A DNA stretch of 64,000 nucleotides from Deltaproteobacteria bacterium (GCA_052390235.1 JBQTHB010000002.1:160001-224000); one strand, 5' to 3'; shown: positions 51,482-63,714, numbered from the stretch's first letter. Notes: generated by a model from the sequence alone, not told the origin. Numbers and translations: made by a program.

Positions 51482-52180
51482 ATGACCGGCAAATGGTTTC
51501 ATCTCGGCGCTAATCGCGCGGCGCAAACGCTCTCGTATATTATAGGGGGGGCGGCAGGAGTGATTCTCATATTCCTACTTCTTCTGCCGGATTTTGAGGG
51601 TTACCGCGCCCGCGGCCCCATGAACTCGGGGCATGAGGATTTTCGGTGCGAATCCTGCCATCGGGAGGCTCTGGGGACGTTCAGACAGCGCGCTCAGGCA
51701 AACGTAAAATATCTCCTCGGCATGAGGAAAACCTCCCCCGCCCTAGGGCATGAGAGGGTTGACAATGCCATCTGCCTCTCCTGCCATGAGAGACCCAACG
51801 ACAGGCATCCGGTGTTCAGGTTCTTCGAGCCTCGGTTTGCCGAAGCCAGAGAGCGTATAAACCCTCAATTTTGCGTCTCCTGCCACACCGAGCACACAGG
51901 CGCGCGCGTTACTATTGAGACCGATTACTGCCAGACCTGCCACGAAGAGACCAAATTGAAAAATGACCCTATCACAATCTCCCACGAGGATTTGATTAAA
52001 TCCAAGCGGTGGACGACCTGCCTCGGATGCCACGACTTTCATGGCAATCACGTTATGGAAATCGAGACCGATGTTTCGCGGGCGTTTCCCCCTGAGAGGA
52101 TAAGCGATTACTTCGGCGGCGGCGCATCGCCCTATCCGGCAGAGTTGTACCACAAATCGAAGGAAGAGAAACTTAGATGA
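51482..52180 (+). CDS. Membrane-anchored pentaheme cytochrome c
   Basis: N-terminal TM; CESCH, CLSCH, CVSCH, CQTCH, CLGCH. Confidence 0.88.
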   Translation: MTGKWFHLGANRAAQTLSYIIGGAAGVILIFLLLLPDFEGYRARGPMNSGHEDFRCESCHREALGTFRQRAQANVKYLLGMRKTSPALGHERVDNAICLSCHERPNDRHPVFRFFEPRFAEARERINPQFCVSCHTEHTGARVTIETDYCQTCHEETKLKNDPITISHEDLIKSKRWTTCLGCHDFHGNHVMEIETDVSRAFPPERISDYFGGGASPYPAELYHKSKEEKLR

Positions 52181-53010
52181 GAGGAAAGAGTTTCACAGTT
52201 ATAGCTCTCCTGCTGATTGCCGCTATTGTGTATTTGTTTGCTGAGGCTCCTGCTCCACTGCCGGACGGCGAGGCAGTAGGGGAGAAAATCCCAATAGAGA
52301 TGGTTTTTGCCATTGCCCAGGCGCAGAACGCCGCTGTGAGGGCGCTTTGGACTAAAGAAATCGTAGGCGAGGGGCAGAAGGCGGGGTTTAAATTTAACGA
52401 AGACTGGCGCGAGGCAGGGGTTGAAGCCGGTCCCCTCCCCGCGCTATTCCTGCGGGCGACGGCGGCGAGCCTCGAGAAAAACCCCGTGAGGCTGAGTCTG
52501 TTTCTAGGCTCGGATTTTCCGATAAATCAGTCAAATGCCTTCACAGGAAGCCAGCTTAAACCGTTCGAGGGGATAAGAAAGGACGGGACGCCGCAGTTTT
52601 TCTACTCCGAAGACACACGGCTCTATACGGGGATGTTCTCCGATTTGGCTCAGGTAGAGCCTTGCGTAACGTGCCACAACGAGCATAAGGACAGCCCCAA
52701 AAAAGACTGGAAAATCGGCGATGTCATGGGCGCGACCACATGGCTCTATCCCAAAGCCATGGTAAGTTCCGACGAGCTTCTGGTGATACTTGCCGCCATT
52801 GAAGCGGGATTCCGCGAGGCTTATTCAGAGTATCTGGAAAAGGCGAAAACGTTCTCGGCCCCTCCTGAAATAGGGAATAAGTGGCCACGGGATGGATATT
52901 TTCTCCCAAGCGCCGATGCCTTCATCCAAGAGGCTAGGGCGCGCTATTCCCCGGGCACTCTGGCATCTCTCCTCAAATCCGCTCTAATCCCTAGCGAAAA
53001 TGGTAAATAG
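52177..53010 (+). CDS. Monoheme c protein, DUF3365/Tll0287-like
   Basis: N-terminal TM/signal; LPALFLR, PIN..N, CVTCHNEH.DSPK.DWK.GDVMGA. Confidence 0.75.
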   Translation: MRGKSFTVIALLLIAAIVYLFAEAPAPLPDGEAVGEKIPIEMVFAIAQAQNAAVRALWTKEIVGEGQKAGFKFNEDWREAGVEAGPLPALFLRATAASLEKNPVRLSLFLGSDFPINQSNAFTGSQLKPFEGIRKDGTPQFFYSEDTRLYTGMFSDLAQVEPCVTCHNEHKDSPKKDWKIGDVMGATTWLYPKAMVSSDELLVILAAIEAGFREAYSEYLEKAKTFSAPPEIGNKWPRDGYFLPSADAFIQEARARYSPGTLASLLKSALIPSENGK

Positions 53011-53473
53011 AAATTACTTCTACATCGGCTTGATTTTGACCCTTGCCTTTTTAGCGCAGTATTTTTTTGAGCTTCCCTGCGCATGGCTCGTGGATTTACA
53101 GCGCGGCGGGGATTATAAAATATACTCCGGTATCGCCCTTGCGGCTTACGTTCTCATTCAGTGGAGTTTGTCGCTCTTCAGAGCCGCCGGCAAAATGACA
53201 GAAGCGCGATTCATGTACAGGGTTCATAATCTCATCGGCGTGCTTGCCCCCGTGTTTTTCTATGCCCACTCGGTAACATTTGGCTACGGTTATCAGATTC
53301 TGCTTGCCGCCTCCTTTTTTGCGGTGGTTGTCGTCGGCGTGTGCAATCTGCAGTTCTTGGGGATTAGGGGCAGGGGCGCGTCCAATATCTGGATGATTCT
53401 CCATATAGTCCCCTCGGCGCTGGTGGTGATTCTCATGGCATATCACATTTACGTCGTGGCGTATTATCAGTGA
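53000..53473 (+). CDS. Small polytopic membrane protein with intramembrane histidines (cytochrome b-like)
   Basis: 4-5 hydrophobic segments; RVHNLIG, YAHS, LHIV, YHIY; overlaps the previous gene. Confidence 0.7.
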   Translation: MVNRNYFYIGLILTLAFLAQYFFELPCAWLVDLQRGGDYKIYSGIALAAYVLIQWSLSLFRAAGKMTEARFMYRVHNLIGVLAPVFFYAHSVTFGYGYQILLAASFFAVVVVGVCNLQFLGIRGRGASNIWMILHIVPSALVVILMAYHIYVVAYYQ

Positions 53474-53528
53474 TTCAATTCACGATACCGGATTCTACGC
53501 CCGCGTTGTCTTGCGCCCCCCGCCTCCG

Positions 53529-54253
53529 TGTCATTTCGAGGGAGGGGTAAACGGATACTCGTATGTCATTCTCACGAAAGTGGGAATCCAGAGCTTGACG
53601 GAGTTTATGCTGAGTTTATCGAAAGACTCACCATGAAGGCATTTCCTACTATGAGAAGAACTGGATTCCCGCTCAGATTACCTGCGGGAATGACAGCCCT
53701 CTGCGTGTTTTCCCTCGCCCCTTCACAATGAACACATATCTCGCGCCGCTCTTGTCATTTCGATGGAGCGGTAGCGACTGAGAAATCCTCACGCCTGCGC
53801 AATAAGATTCCTCTCTGCGTTCGGAATGACACTTCACCCTGAGCAGAGTCGAACTATGGATTCCCACTTTCGTGAGAATGACATATATCGGTAACGTTCG
53901 GAATTACAATAGGGAGGTGAGATAATCGGAATGGCAGAGCCTCGTCTGTCATTCCCGCAGTCTTTAGAGCGGGAATCCATTTCACATTTAGCCTGAGCGG
54001 AGTTGGGAAGGAAAAAATAAAGTATGTAGTTCGACTCCTCTCACTATAAACTGCGTCGAAGGGGCGGGCGGATACTCGTATGTCATTCTCACGAAAGTGG
54101 GAATCCAGAGCTTGACGGAGTTTATGCTGAGCTTGGTCGAAGGACTCACTATGAAGGCTCTGCCCACGATGAAGAAAACTGGATTCCCGCTCAGATTACC
54201 TGCGGGAATGACAGCCCTCCAGCCATCACTTCACCCTCATCTGCGTCGGAGGG
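53529..54253. repeat. Mosaic of nested REP-like palindromes (left copy)
   Basis: GTCATTCTCACGAAAGTGGGAATCCA at 53565 and 54082 and reversed at 53857; GTCATTCCCGC..GCGGGAATCCA type at 53662, 53948, 54180; internal ~150-bp direct repeat 53552-53700 vs 54069-54218. Confidence 0.92.
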
Positions 54254-54373
54254 GGCAATAAATCCCTCATCTGGCATCCTGAATATGAAACGCTTTGAAT
54301 AATGTCCAAATCTTTGTATAATAGGAAAAGCTCGGACACTTTGCCGAAAGCGTATTGGAGGGTTTCATCCCAA

Positions 54374-55768
54374 ATGATTCAAAAGCCCCAAAACATCGAA
54401 CAGCTCAAGGCAAGCGAGTACAGACCGCTCTCCGTCAAAGAGGAGATGCGTAGAAATCTCATACGCAAAATGCGCTCCGGCGAGCCTGTATTTCCGCGCA
54501 TCATAGGCTATGAGGAGTCGGTGTTTCCGCAGATTGAAACCGCAGTCCTCGCCGGACACGACATGATTTTTATTGGCGAGCGTGGACAGGCGAAAACCCG
54601 AATCATCAGGGCGCTTATAAACCTCCTCGACGAAGAAATTCCCATCATAAAGGGGAGCGAAATTAACGATAACCCCTACGCCCCAATCTCTCGTATGTGC
54701 AGGGAGCTAGTTGCGGAGTTCGGCGATAAGACCGAAATCGTTTGGGTGAGGCGCGAGGACAGATACGGCGAGAAATTAGCCACGCCCGATGTGTCAATTG
54801 CAGACCTCATCGGCGAGGTTGACCCGATAAAAGTCGCCGAGGGCAGATACCTCTCGGATGAACTCACAATACACTTCGGACTCATACCCCGAAGCAACCG
54901 AGGGATTTTTGCCGTAAACGAGCTACCTGACCTTGTCGAGAAAGTGCAGGTTGGGCTTTTTAACGTGATGGAAGAAAAAGACGTTCAAATCAAGGGCTAT
55001 AAAATCCGCCTCCCGCTCGATATGTGCATTGTCGCCACGGCAAACCCTGAGGACTACACCAACCGAGGCAGAATCATTACGCCGCTCAAAGACCGATTCC
55101 AAGCGCAGGTTAGAACCCACTACCCGATGAGGCAGGAAATTGAAATCGGCATCATGGAGCAGGAAGCGGGGCGTGTAAAAAGGGAGTTCGCCGTCAAAGT
55201 GCCGCCCTTTATCAAGCAAATTATCGCCGAGGTTACGTTTCAAGCTAGAGGCTCGCACGAGATAAATCAGCGCTCCGGCGTGAGCGTCAGAACCTCCATC
55301 GCCAATTTCGAGAGCGTAATTGCGGCGGCTGAGAAGAGGGCGATACGAATGGGCGAGAGGGAAGTCGCCCCGCGGATAACAGACCTGCCCTCGATAATCC
55401 CATCCACAATGGGCAAAATCGAGCTTGAGTACATCGGCGAGGAGACCTCAGAGACCGCCGTCGTGGAAAAGCTCATAAAGCGCGGGATTAAAATCGTATT
55501 TGATTCCTATTTCCCCTCGCTCGGCGTGTTCGCAGAATTTCTTGAGGGTTTCGAGCATGGCTACGTCGAGGTGGCAGACACTATGCCGTCAGATGAATAC
55601 CTTGCGGGACTCAGAGAGGTGCGGGGGCTGAAAAAGTGCCTCGAGCATCTGCGCATTGAGCAGACTCCGGCGGAAATCGCATCGGCAGTCGAGTTCATTC
55701 TCGAGGGACTGCACCTGAGCAATAAGCTCAACAAGGAAAAAGCCCTCGGCAAGATAATCTATAAGTAG
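54374..55768 (+). CDS. AAA+ ATPase, magnesium-chelatase-subunit-like (Rv0958-like)
   Basis: GERGQAKTR (Walker A), FAVNELPDL (Walker B-like), ATANPEDYTNRGRIITPLKDRF; ATG 54374 after SD GGAGG. Confidence 0.85.
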   Translation: MIQKPQNIEQLKASEYRPLSVKEEMRRNLIRKMRSGEPVFPRIIGYEESVFPQIETAVLAGHDMIFIGERGQAKTRIIRALINLLDEEIPIIKGSEINDNPYAPISRMCRELVAEFGDKTEIVWVRREDRYGEKLATPDVSIADLIGEVDPIKVAEGRYLSDELTIHFGLIPRSNRGIFAVNELPDLVEKVQVGLFNVMEEKDVQIKGYKIRLPLDMCIVATANPEDYTNRGRIITPLKDRFQAQVRTHYPMRQEIEIGIMEQEAGRVKREFAVKVPPFIKQIIAEVTFQARGSHEINQRSGVSVRTSIANFESVIAAAEKRAIRMGEREVAPRITDLPSIIPSTMGKIELEYIGEETSETAVVEKLIKRGIKIVFDSYFPSLGVFAEFLEGFEHGYVEVADTMPSDEYLAGLREVRGLKKCLEHLRIEQTPAEIASAVEFILEGLHLSNKLNKEKALGKIIYK

Positions 55769-55867
55769 CTTTCCTGCTGAGACCGCCGCGGCATCGGCAA
55801 TCCGCGCGCTTTCGATTCCCCTTCCCTTTGTGCGGGGAGAGGTCGGAGATGGAGGGAGACGACAGAA

Positions 55868-57475
55868 ATGGCGACAACCTACAGATACCGTAAGTGGAGC
55901 GGACAGGGCAGTGAATTCGCGCTTGAGCCTGAGAAGCTATTTGAGAAATTCTCGAATTTCCTCATGGAGGGATGGACTCCCGATGAAGCCCTTGAGTGGA
56001 TGATAAAGCAGGGTTTTCACGGCGACGGGGTTCAGTTTATGGGGATTGACGAACTCCGCTCGCAGGTCTCGAAGCAAAAAGAGGCGATAGCGCAAAAATA
56101 CACCCTGCGGGAGTCGCTCTCGGAAATCAAAAACGATATAAACTCCATAGTCGAGAGGGAACTTGCCGCCCTCGGACAAAAGCTCCCGCCCGTCTCACCC
56201 GAATATCAGAAGCGACGAAACTCCCTTAAAAACCTATCCGATAAAGTTAGCCCAGCCATCGAAGCCCTATCAGACTACGACTTCCTGGACGATGATGCCC
56301 GCGCCATGTTCGAGAGCATCAAACGCAGGCTCGATGACGTCAAAAAAGTGGAGAATTTCGCCTCGCGCAACATGGAGCGCTTCAAGGGGAAAACCCCTCT
56401 CACATTTGACGAGACCCTCTCGATAATTGACAAATTTCAGCAGATGGAAAAACTCGAATTCGGTCTCGCCTCCGGCAATTTCGACAAGGTCAACCTCGAC
56501 GACCTAAAGGAATTTCTCACCGAAAAGGGGATCGGCTCGTTTGCCGTGCTTAGGGATTTGAAGTCAAACCTCGAGCAGTCGGGTTTTATCAAAATCCAGG
56601 GACAGCACGCCAAGCTCAGCCCCAAGGGGATAAGAAAAATCGGACAGCTCGCCCTGAGAGACATTTTCTCATCGCTTAAAAAAGACCAGTTCGGAGGGCA
56701 TGAGACCTCTAAAAGGGGGTTCGGGGCGCTGAAACCCGAAGACACCAAAGAGTACGAATTCGGAGACCCGTTTAATCTAAATCTCATCGGGACGCTTAAA
56801 AATTCTCTCGTTAGGCAGACCCGCGGCGCGGGTGGAATTAAACTTGCGCCGGAGGATTTCGAGGTCTATGAAATGGAGTACTACACGCAGTCAACGACGG
56901 TGCTTCTCTTGGATTTAAGCTGGTCAATGAGTTTTCAGGGCAGATTTCCGGCGGCAAAACGCGTCGCCCTCGCCCTAGACCACCTCATCAAGACCCAATT
57001 CCTGCGGGATGAACTCTACATAGTCGGTTTTTCCACGAGGGCTAAGACGCTTACAACTGAACAGCTCGCCGCCATCACCTGGGACTCAAACGACCCGTTT
57101 ACAAACATTCAAGAGGCGTTGGTGCTGGCCTCGAGACTCCTTTCCAGGCATAAAAACCGCAATAGGCAAATCGTCCTCATCACGGACGGTCAGCCCACGG
57201 CCTATTTCCTCGACGGCTATCTGCAGGTGGAGCTTCCAATGTTCTTCGGAGGGCTTAGCCCAAGGGCGACGTTTGAAACGCTCAAAGAGGTCAAGCGCGT
57301 AACCAAAATGGGGATTACGATAAATACCTTTATGCTCGATGACAGCGCCTCCCTCAGGAGGTTCGTCGAGGAGATGACCCGCATTAATCGCGGCAGGGCA
57401 TTCTTTACCACCCCCTCGCATCTGGGCAAATACCTGCTCGTTGACTATCTCAAACGCAAGAAGAAGCAGATTTAA
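55868..57475 (+). CDS. VWA-domain protein, partner of the AAA+ ATPase
   Basis: MIDAS motifs LLDLSWSM, TNI, ITDGQPTA; helical N-terminus. Confidence 0.87.
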   Translation: MATTYRYRKWSGQGSEFALEPEKLFEKFSNFLMEGWTPDEALEWMIKQGFHGDGVQFMGIDELRSQVSKQKEAIAQKYTLRESLSEIKNDINSIVERELAALGQKLPPVSPEYQKRRNSLKNLSDKVSPAIEALSDYDFLDDDARAMFESIKRRLDDVKKVENFASRNMERFKGKTPLTFDETLSIIDKFQQMEKLEFGLASGNFDKVNLDDLKEFLTEKGIGSFAVLRDLKSNLEQSGFIKIQGQHAKLSPKGIRKIGQLALRDIFSSLKKDQFGGHETSKRGFGALKPEDTKEYEFGDPFNLNLIGTLKNSLVRQTRGAGGIKLAPEDFEVYEMEYYTQSTTVLLLDLSWSMSFQGRFPAAKRVALALDHLIKTQFLRDELYIVGFSTRAKTLTTEQLAAITWDSNDPFTNIQEALVLASRLLSRHKNRNRQIVLITDGQPTAYFLDGYLQVELPMFFGGLSPRATFETLKEVKRVTKMGITINTFMLDDSASLRRFVEEMTRINRGRAFFTTPSHLGKYLLVDYLKRKKKQI

Positions 57476-57518
57476 TTAGTGGCTAGTGGCTAGTGATTAG
57501 TTTCCACTGCGCCACGCT

Positions 57519-58151
57519 CCCTCCGACGCAGATGAGGGTGAAGTGATAGCTGGATGTGTCATTCCCGCAAGTCAGTTGAGCGAGAATCCAATTTCCCCCA
57601 TCCATAGTGAGTCCTTCGATAAACTCAGGATAAACTCCGTCGAACTATGGATTCCCACTTTCGTGAGAATGACATACGAGTATTCGTTCGCCCCTCCGAT
57701 GTAGTTTATAGTGAGTCTTTCGGTAAGCTCAGGATAGACTCTGTCGAAACGCTCAGGGTGAAGTGGGGTTTTTTTTCTCCCTCATGCTGAGCGGAGTCGA
57801 ACCACATACTTTATTTTTTCCTTCCCTATTCTGCTCGGGCTAAACGTGAAATGTATTCCCGCTCTAAAGACTGCGGGAATGACAAACAGGCTCTGCTATT
57901 CCGAACTCCTCACCCTGTGTCATTCCGAACGCAGAGAGGAATCTTATTCAGGATTTATCGCCCTTCGACGCAGATGAGGGTGAAGTAATGGCTGGAGTGT
58001 TGTCATTCCCACAAGTCATCTGAGTGGGAATCCCATTTCTCTCATAGTGAGTCCTTCGATAAACTCAGGATAAACTCCGTCGAACTATGGATTCCCACTT
58101 CCGTGAGAATGACATACGAGTATCCGCTCCCGCCCCTCCCTCGAAATGACA
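57519..58151. repeat. Mosaic of nested REP-like palindromes (right copy, inverted relative to 53529-54253)
   Basis: Reverse-complement matches to the left copy: 29 bp (57519-57547), 23 bp (57804-57826), 19 bp (58133-58151); internal direct repeat near 57519 and 57961. Confidence 0.92.
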
Positions 58152-58279
58152 AGAGGGGCGGGAACGGGTGAAGATGCCATCCTGAATCCCGCATTGCGCG
58201 TCCCTCCCCCCTATGCCTTGACCCTTGCCCGCCTCGAAAGGTAAGCTAAGTTGTATCTGGCATAAGCCGAATTCATCCC

Positions 58280-59998
58280 ATGAGCAAAAACAGAGACATC
58301 GCCGACATTTTCGAGAGCATCGCCGACATCCTCGACATCCTCGATGAAAATTCGTTCCGCGTGAAAGCCTACCGCGCCGCCGCCCGCAGTATTCAGGAAT
58401 TCCCCGAGGATATTAAATCTGCCCTCGATTCTGGCAGGTCCATTAAAATTCCCGGCGTTGGGAGCGATCTGTCCGCCAAAATCCGCGAATTTCTCGATAC
58501 GGGGCGAATAGCCGATTACGACGAGCTTCGCGGGAAAATCCCCTCTACCTTAACAGACCTTCTCAGAATTCAGGGACTTGGCCCAAAGACCCTCTCTAGG
58601 CTCCATCGGGAACTCGCCGTTCGGGACGTAGAAACGCTCGCCCTCGCCCTCGGAGGCGAGAGAATTCTCCAGATGAAGGGTATCGGCACAAAGAAAATAG
58701 AGGAACTCCTGCACGGCGTCGAGCTATTTAGACAGGGACTTGTCCGCAAGCATTTGGGCATTGCCCTACAAGCGGCGGAGGATTTCACCATGCAGGTGAG
58801 AACGCTACCGGGCATCGAGCAAGCGGTGATTTGCGGTTCTGTGCGTCGGATGACCGAGACCGTAGGCGGGGTTGATATAGTCGCCTCCTCAGAGGATACA
58901 ACGCAGATGGTTGCCGCACTCACTCAACTCCCGGATGTGAGGGAGCTTCGCCTGGACGGGGATGCGCAGGCGGTACTCAAGGGCGAAATCGAAGCGCGAA
59001 TCCGCGTAGTTCCCAGAACTTCCTTCGGGGCGGCGGCCCTTAGCTTCACAGGCTCTCCCTCACACTACCTAAAGCTCCAAGCCTCTGCCGAGCGGCTCGG
59101 ACTCAAATTAAACGAGCGAGGGCTATTCCGAGGGGATGAGAAAATCGCAGGCGAATGCGAGGAGGGAATTTACCGCGCGCTTGGGCTTTCGTGGATTCCG
59201 CCGGAAATCAGGGAAGACCGCGGCGAAATCGAGGCGGCATCAGCAGGCGCTCTTCCCCGGCTCGTTCAACTCGGCGACATCCGAGGCGATATGCACACTC
59301 ACTCAAACTGGAGCGATGGCAGGGCGACAATTGAAGAAATGGCTCACAGGGCGCGGGAACTCGGCTATGAATACATCGCCGTAACAGACCACTCGCCGTC
59401 ATCGAGAATCGCAAACGGGCTGTCCCTTGAGCGGCTCACGCAGAAAAAACAGGCCCTAGAAGCCCTGAGAGGCAAAATAAGGGGAATCGAAATTCTCATG
59501 GGAGCAGAGGTTGACATCCTAAACGACGGCTCGCTCGATTACCCCGACGAGGCGCTTGCCGGGCTTGATTTCGTTGTCGCCTCTGTCCATAGCAATTTCA
59601 AAATGGATGGGGAGGCGATGACGAAGCGCATTGCCGCCGCACTGAGGAATCCCTACATCCACGCCCTTGGGCATCCTACGGGCAGGCTCATTGGCGAGCG
59701 CGAGCCTTATGCCGTGGATATGGACGAGGTCATAAGAGTCGCGCGCGATTTCGGCAAGGCGCTTGAGGTGAATTCCAATTTTATGAGGCTCGATTTGAAG
59801 GACACGCACGCCAAAGCCGCCATTGAAGCCGGAGTCAAACTCATAATCTCCACAGACGCCCATCACCCGGAGCAACTCTCCTATATGAGGCTCGGAGTGG
59901 GTACGGCGAGGAGGGCGTGGGCGGGGGCGGCGGATGTTGTGAATACGCTCGAATACGGGGAACTTGCGCGATGGCTCGCCGCAGTGCGGCGGGGATGA
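58280..59998 (+). CDS. polX: Family X DNA polymerase/PHP exonuclease with a non-canonical polymerase active site
   Basis: FRVKAYRAAA, HhH motifs, GSVRR, FTGS, LNERGLF, IPPEIRED; PHP motifs HTHS, TDHS, HPTGR, STDAH. Confidence 0.92.
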   Translation: MSKNRDIADIFESIADILDILDENSFRVKAYRAAARSIQEFPEDIKSALDSGRSIKIPGVGSDLSAKIREFLDTGRIADYDELRGKIPSTLTDLLRIQGLGPKTLSRLHRELAVRDVETLALALGGERILQMKGIGTKKIEELLHGVELFRQGLVRKHLGIALQAAEDFTMQVRTLPGIEQAVICGSVRRMTETVGGVDIVASSEDTTQMVAALTQLPDVRELRLDGDAQAVLKGEIEARIRVVPRTSFGAAALSFTGSPSHYLKLQASAERLGLKLNERGLFRGDEKIAGECEEGIYRALGLSWIPPEIREDRGEIEAASAGALPRLVQLGDIRGDMHTHSNWSDGRATIEEMAHRARELGYEYIAVTDHSPSSRIANGLSLERLTQKKQALEALRGKIRGIEILMGAEVDILNDGSLDYPDEALAGLDFVVASVHSNFKMDGEAMTKRIAAALRNPYIHALGHPTGRLIGEREPYAVDMDEVIRVARDFGKALEVNSNFMRLDLKDTHAKAAIEAGVKLIISTDAHHPEQLSYMRLGVGTARRAWAGAADVVNTLEYGELARWLAAVRRG

Positions 59999-60088
59999 TT
60001 CTGTGCGACGCAGGATAAGATTAGCTTGCGCTGATTGATATTGTCGAAGCGGCATATTCCGCTACTTTACATTCGCCGTTTCGGGTGA

Positions 60089-62188
<2,100 letters not shown>

Positions 62189-62222
62189 TGAGGCGGATTT
62201 ATCGCGAACTGCGGGGCCCGCA

Positions 62223-63509
62223 TTATTTCGGAGAAATTCTCTGGGCGCCGCCCATGTAAGGGGCTAAGGCGCTCGGCACGGCGATAGAGCCGTCATACTG
62301 CTGGAAATTTTCGAGTATTGCGACGACTGTCCTTCCCACGGCAAGCCCTGAGCCGTTCAGGGTGTGGACGAATCGCGGTTTCCCCCCCTCTTTCGGGCGG
62401 TATCTGATATTGGCGCGGCGGGCTTGGAAATCCTCAAAATTACTGCACGACGAGATTTCCCTATAGGTGTTCTCGCTCGGAATCCAGACCTCGATGTCGT
62501 AGGTTTTGGCTGATGAAAAGCCCATATCTCCAGTGCAAAGGAGCATCACGCGGTAGGGGAGTTCCAGCAATTCCAATATCGCGCAGGCGTCTTTGGTGAG
62601 CGATTCATGCTCTTCGTAGGAGCGCTCGGGGAGGGCGAATTTCACGAGTTCCACTTTGTTAAACTGGTGCTGGCGAATAATTCCGCGCGTGTCCCTGCCG
62701 TAAGAGCCTGCCTCTTTTCTGAAGCAGGGGGTGTAGGCGGCGTATTTAACTGGGATATCTCCTTCTTCGAGAATCTCGTCCCTGTGGATATTAGTAACTG
62801 GCACTTCGGCCGTGGGTATGAGGAAATACTCAAGCCCGTCTAATTTGAATAGATCCTCCTCAAATTTGGGTAGATTCCCCGTGCCGGTGAAGCTCGCCCT
62901 ATTTGCTATAAAGGGCGGCAGTATCTCACTGTAGCCGTGATGCGCCGTGTGAATGTCTAGCATGAAATTGATGAGGGCGCGCTCAAGCCTCGCTCCAAGC
63001 CCCTTATAGAGGGCAAAACGCGCTCCCGTGATTTTGACGGCCCTGTCTAAATCGAGAATGTCGAGCGTCCGCCCAAGGTCAACGTGGTCTCGCGCGAGGA
63101 AATCAAACTCCCTAGGGGCGCCGCTCCTTGAGACCTCTATATTCTCTGATGAGTCTCTGCCCACGGGAACGGAGGGGTGCGGCATGTTCGGAGCGCTGAG
63201 GAGAAAGTCCCTAAACTCGGCTTCAATCTCATCCCGTTTGCCGGCGAGGGTTTTTATCTGCTCTGACTCCTCTCGAAGCTCAGCTTGGAGCAGGTCGGCA
63301 TCCTCTCCTCTCTTCTCGCGCCTGAGCGCTCCGACCCTCTTCGAGCCTGAATTGCGGCGGTATTCAAGCTCTTCGACTTCCTGAATCGCCCGCCTTCTCT
63401 GCTCGTCAATTTGCAGGAATATGTCCAAATCCACCCCTGCGCCGCCCCTCTCGGACAGCTTCTTCTTAACGTAATCGAGATTCTCTCTTATGTATTTCGG
63501 ATCGAGCAT
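62223..63509 (-). CDS. serS: Serine--tRNA ligase
   Basis: [53 protein letters not shown]. Confidence 0.98.
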   Translation of the reverse strand: MLDPKYIRENLDYVKKKLSERGGAGVDLDIFLQIDEQRRRAIQEVEELEYRRNSGSKRVGALRREKRGEDADLLQAELREESEQIKTLAGKRDEIEAEFRDFLLSAPNMPHPSVPVGRDSSENIEVSRSGAPREFDFLARDHVDLGRTLDILDLDRAVKITGARFALYKGLGARLERALINFMLDIHTAHHGYSEILPPFIANRASFTGTGNLPKFEEDLFKLDGLEYFLIPTAEVPVTNIHRDEILEEGDIPVKYAAYTPCFRKEAGSYGRDTRGIIRQHQFNKVELVKFALPERSYEEHESLTKDACAILELLELPYRVMLLCTGDMGFSSAKTYDIEVWIPSENTYREISSCSNFEDFQARRANIRYRPKEGGKPRFVHTLNGSGLAVGRTVVAILENFQQYDGSIAVPSALAPYMGGAQRISPK

Positions 63510-63714
63510 AGCCGCACCTTTTTCGCTGCGGCGGCTGGGGCTTATAGTCTATACCGCCGATGGATTTACCATTAGAAGATGCTCAATTCAGCCTAAAAGT
63601 CAACTTTTTACGGTAAGTTTTGGGTTTGCGCTGAGTAGAGTGTTTTGCAGACTCTGGGATGAATCCCGCGCTTAGCTATCTATATCTAATCGGGTATATC
63701 GAGGAGGTGAAAAA

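Noticed and set aside
53528..53867. Short ORFs 53528-53731 (+) and 53673-53867 (-)
   Set aside because: They are translations of the palindromic repeats (CHSHESGNP, CHSERREES) with no independent coding evidence.
53529..54253. CRISPR array
   Set aside because: Repeats occur in both orientations with irregular spacing and repeated 'spacers', and there are no cas genes. This fits REP-like palindromes.
54374..55768. True magnesium chelatase (chlorophyll synthesis)
   Set aside because: No chlH/bchH or pigment genes nearby. Pairing with a VWA gene fits a chaperone-like AAA+/VWA module.
55817..55857. CCCTTCCC...GGGGAGAGG REP-like hairpin between the ATPase and VWA genes
   Set aside because: A single degenerate copy in the window, too weak to call as a repeat family.
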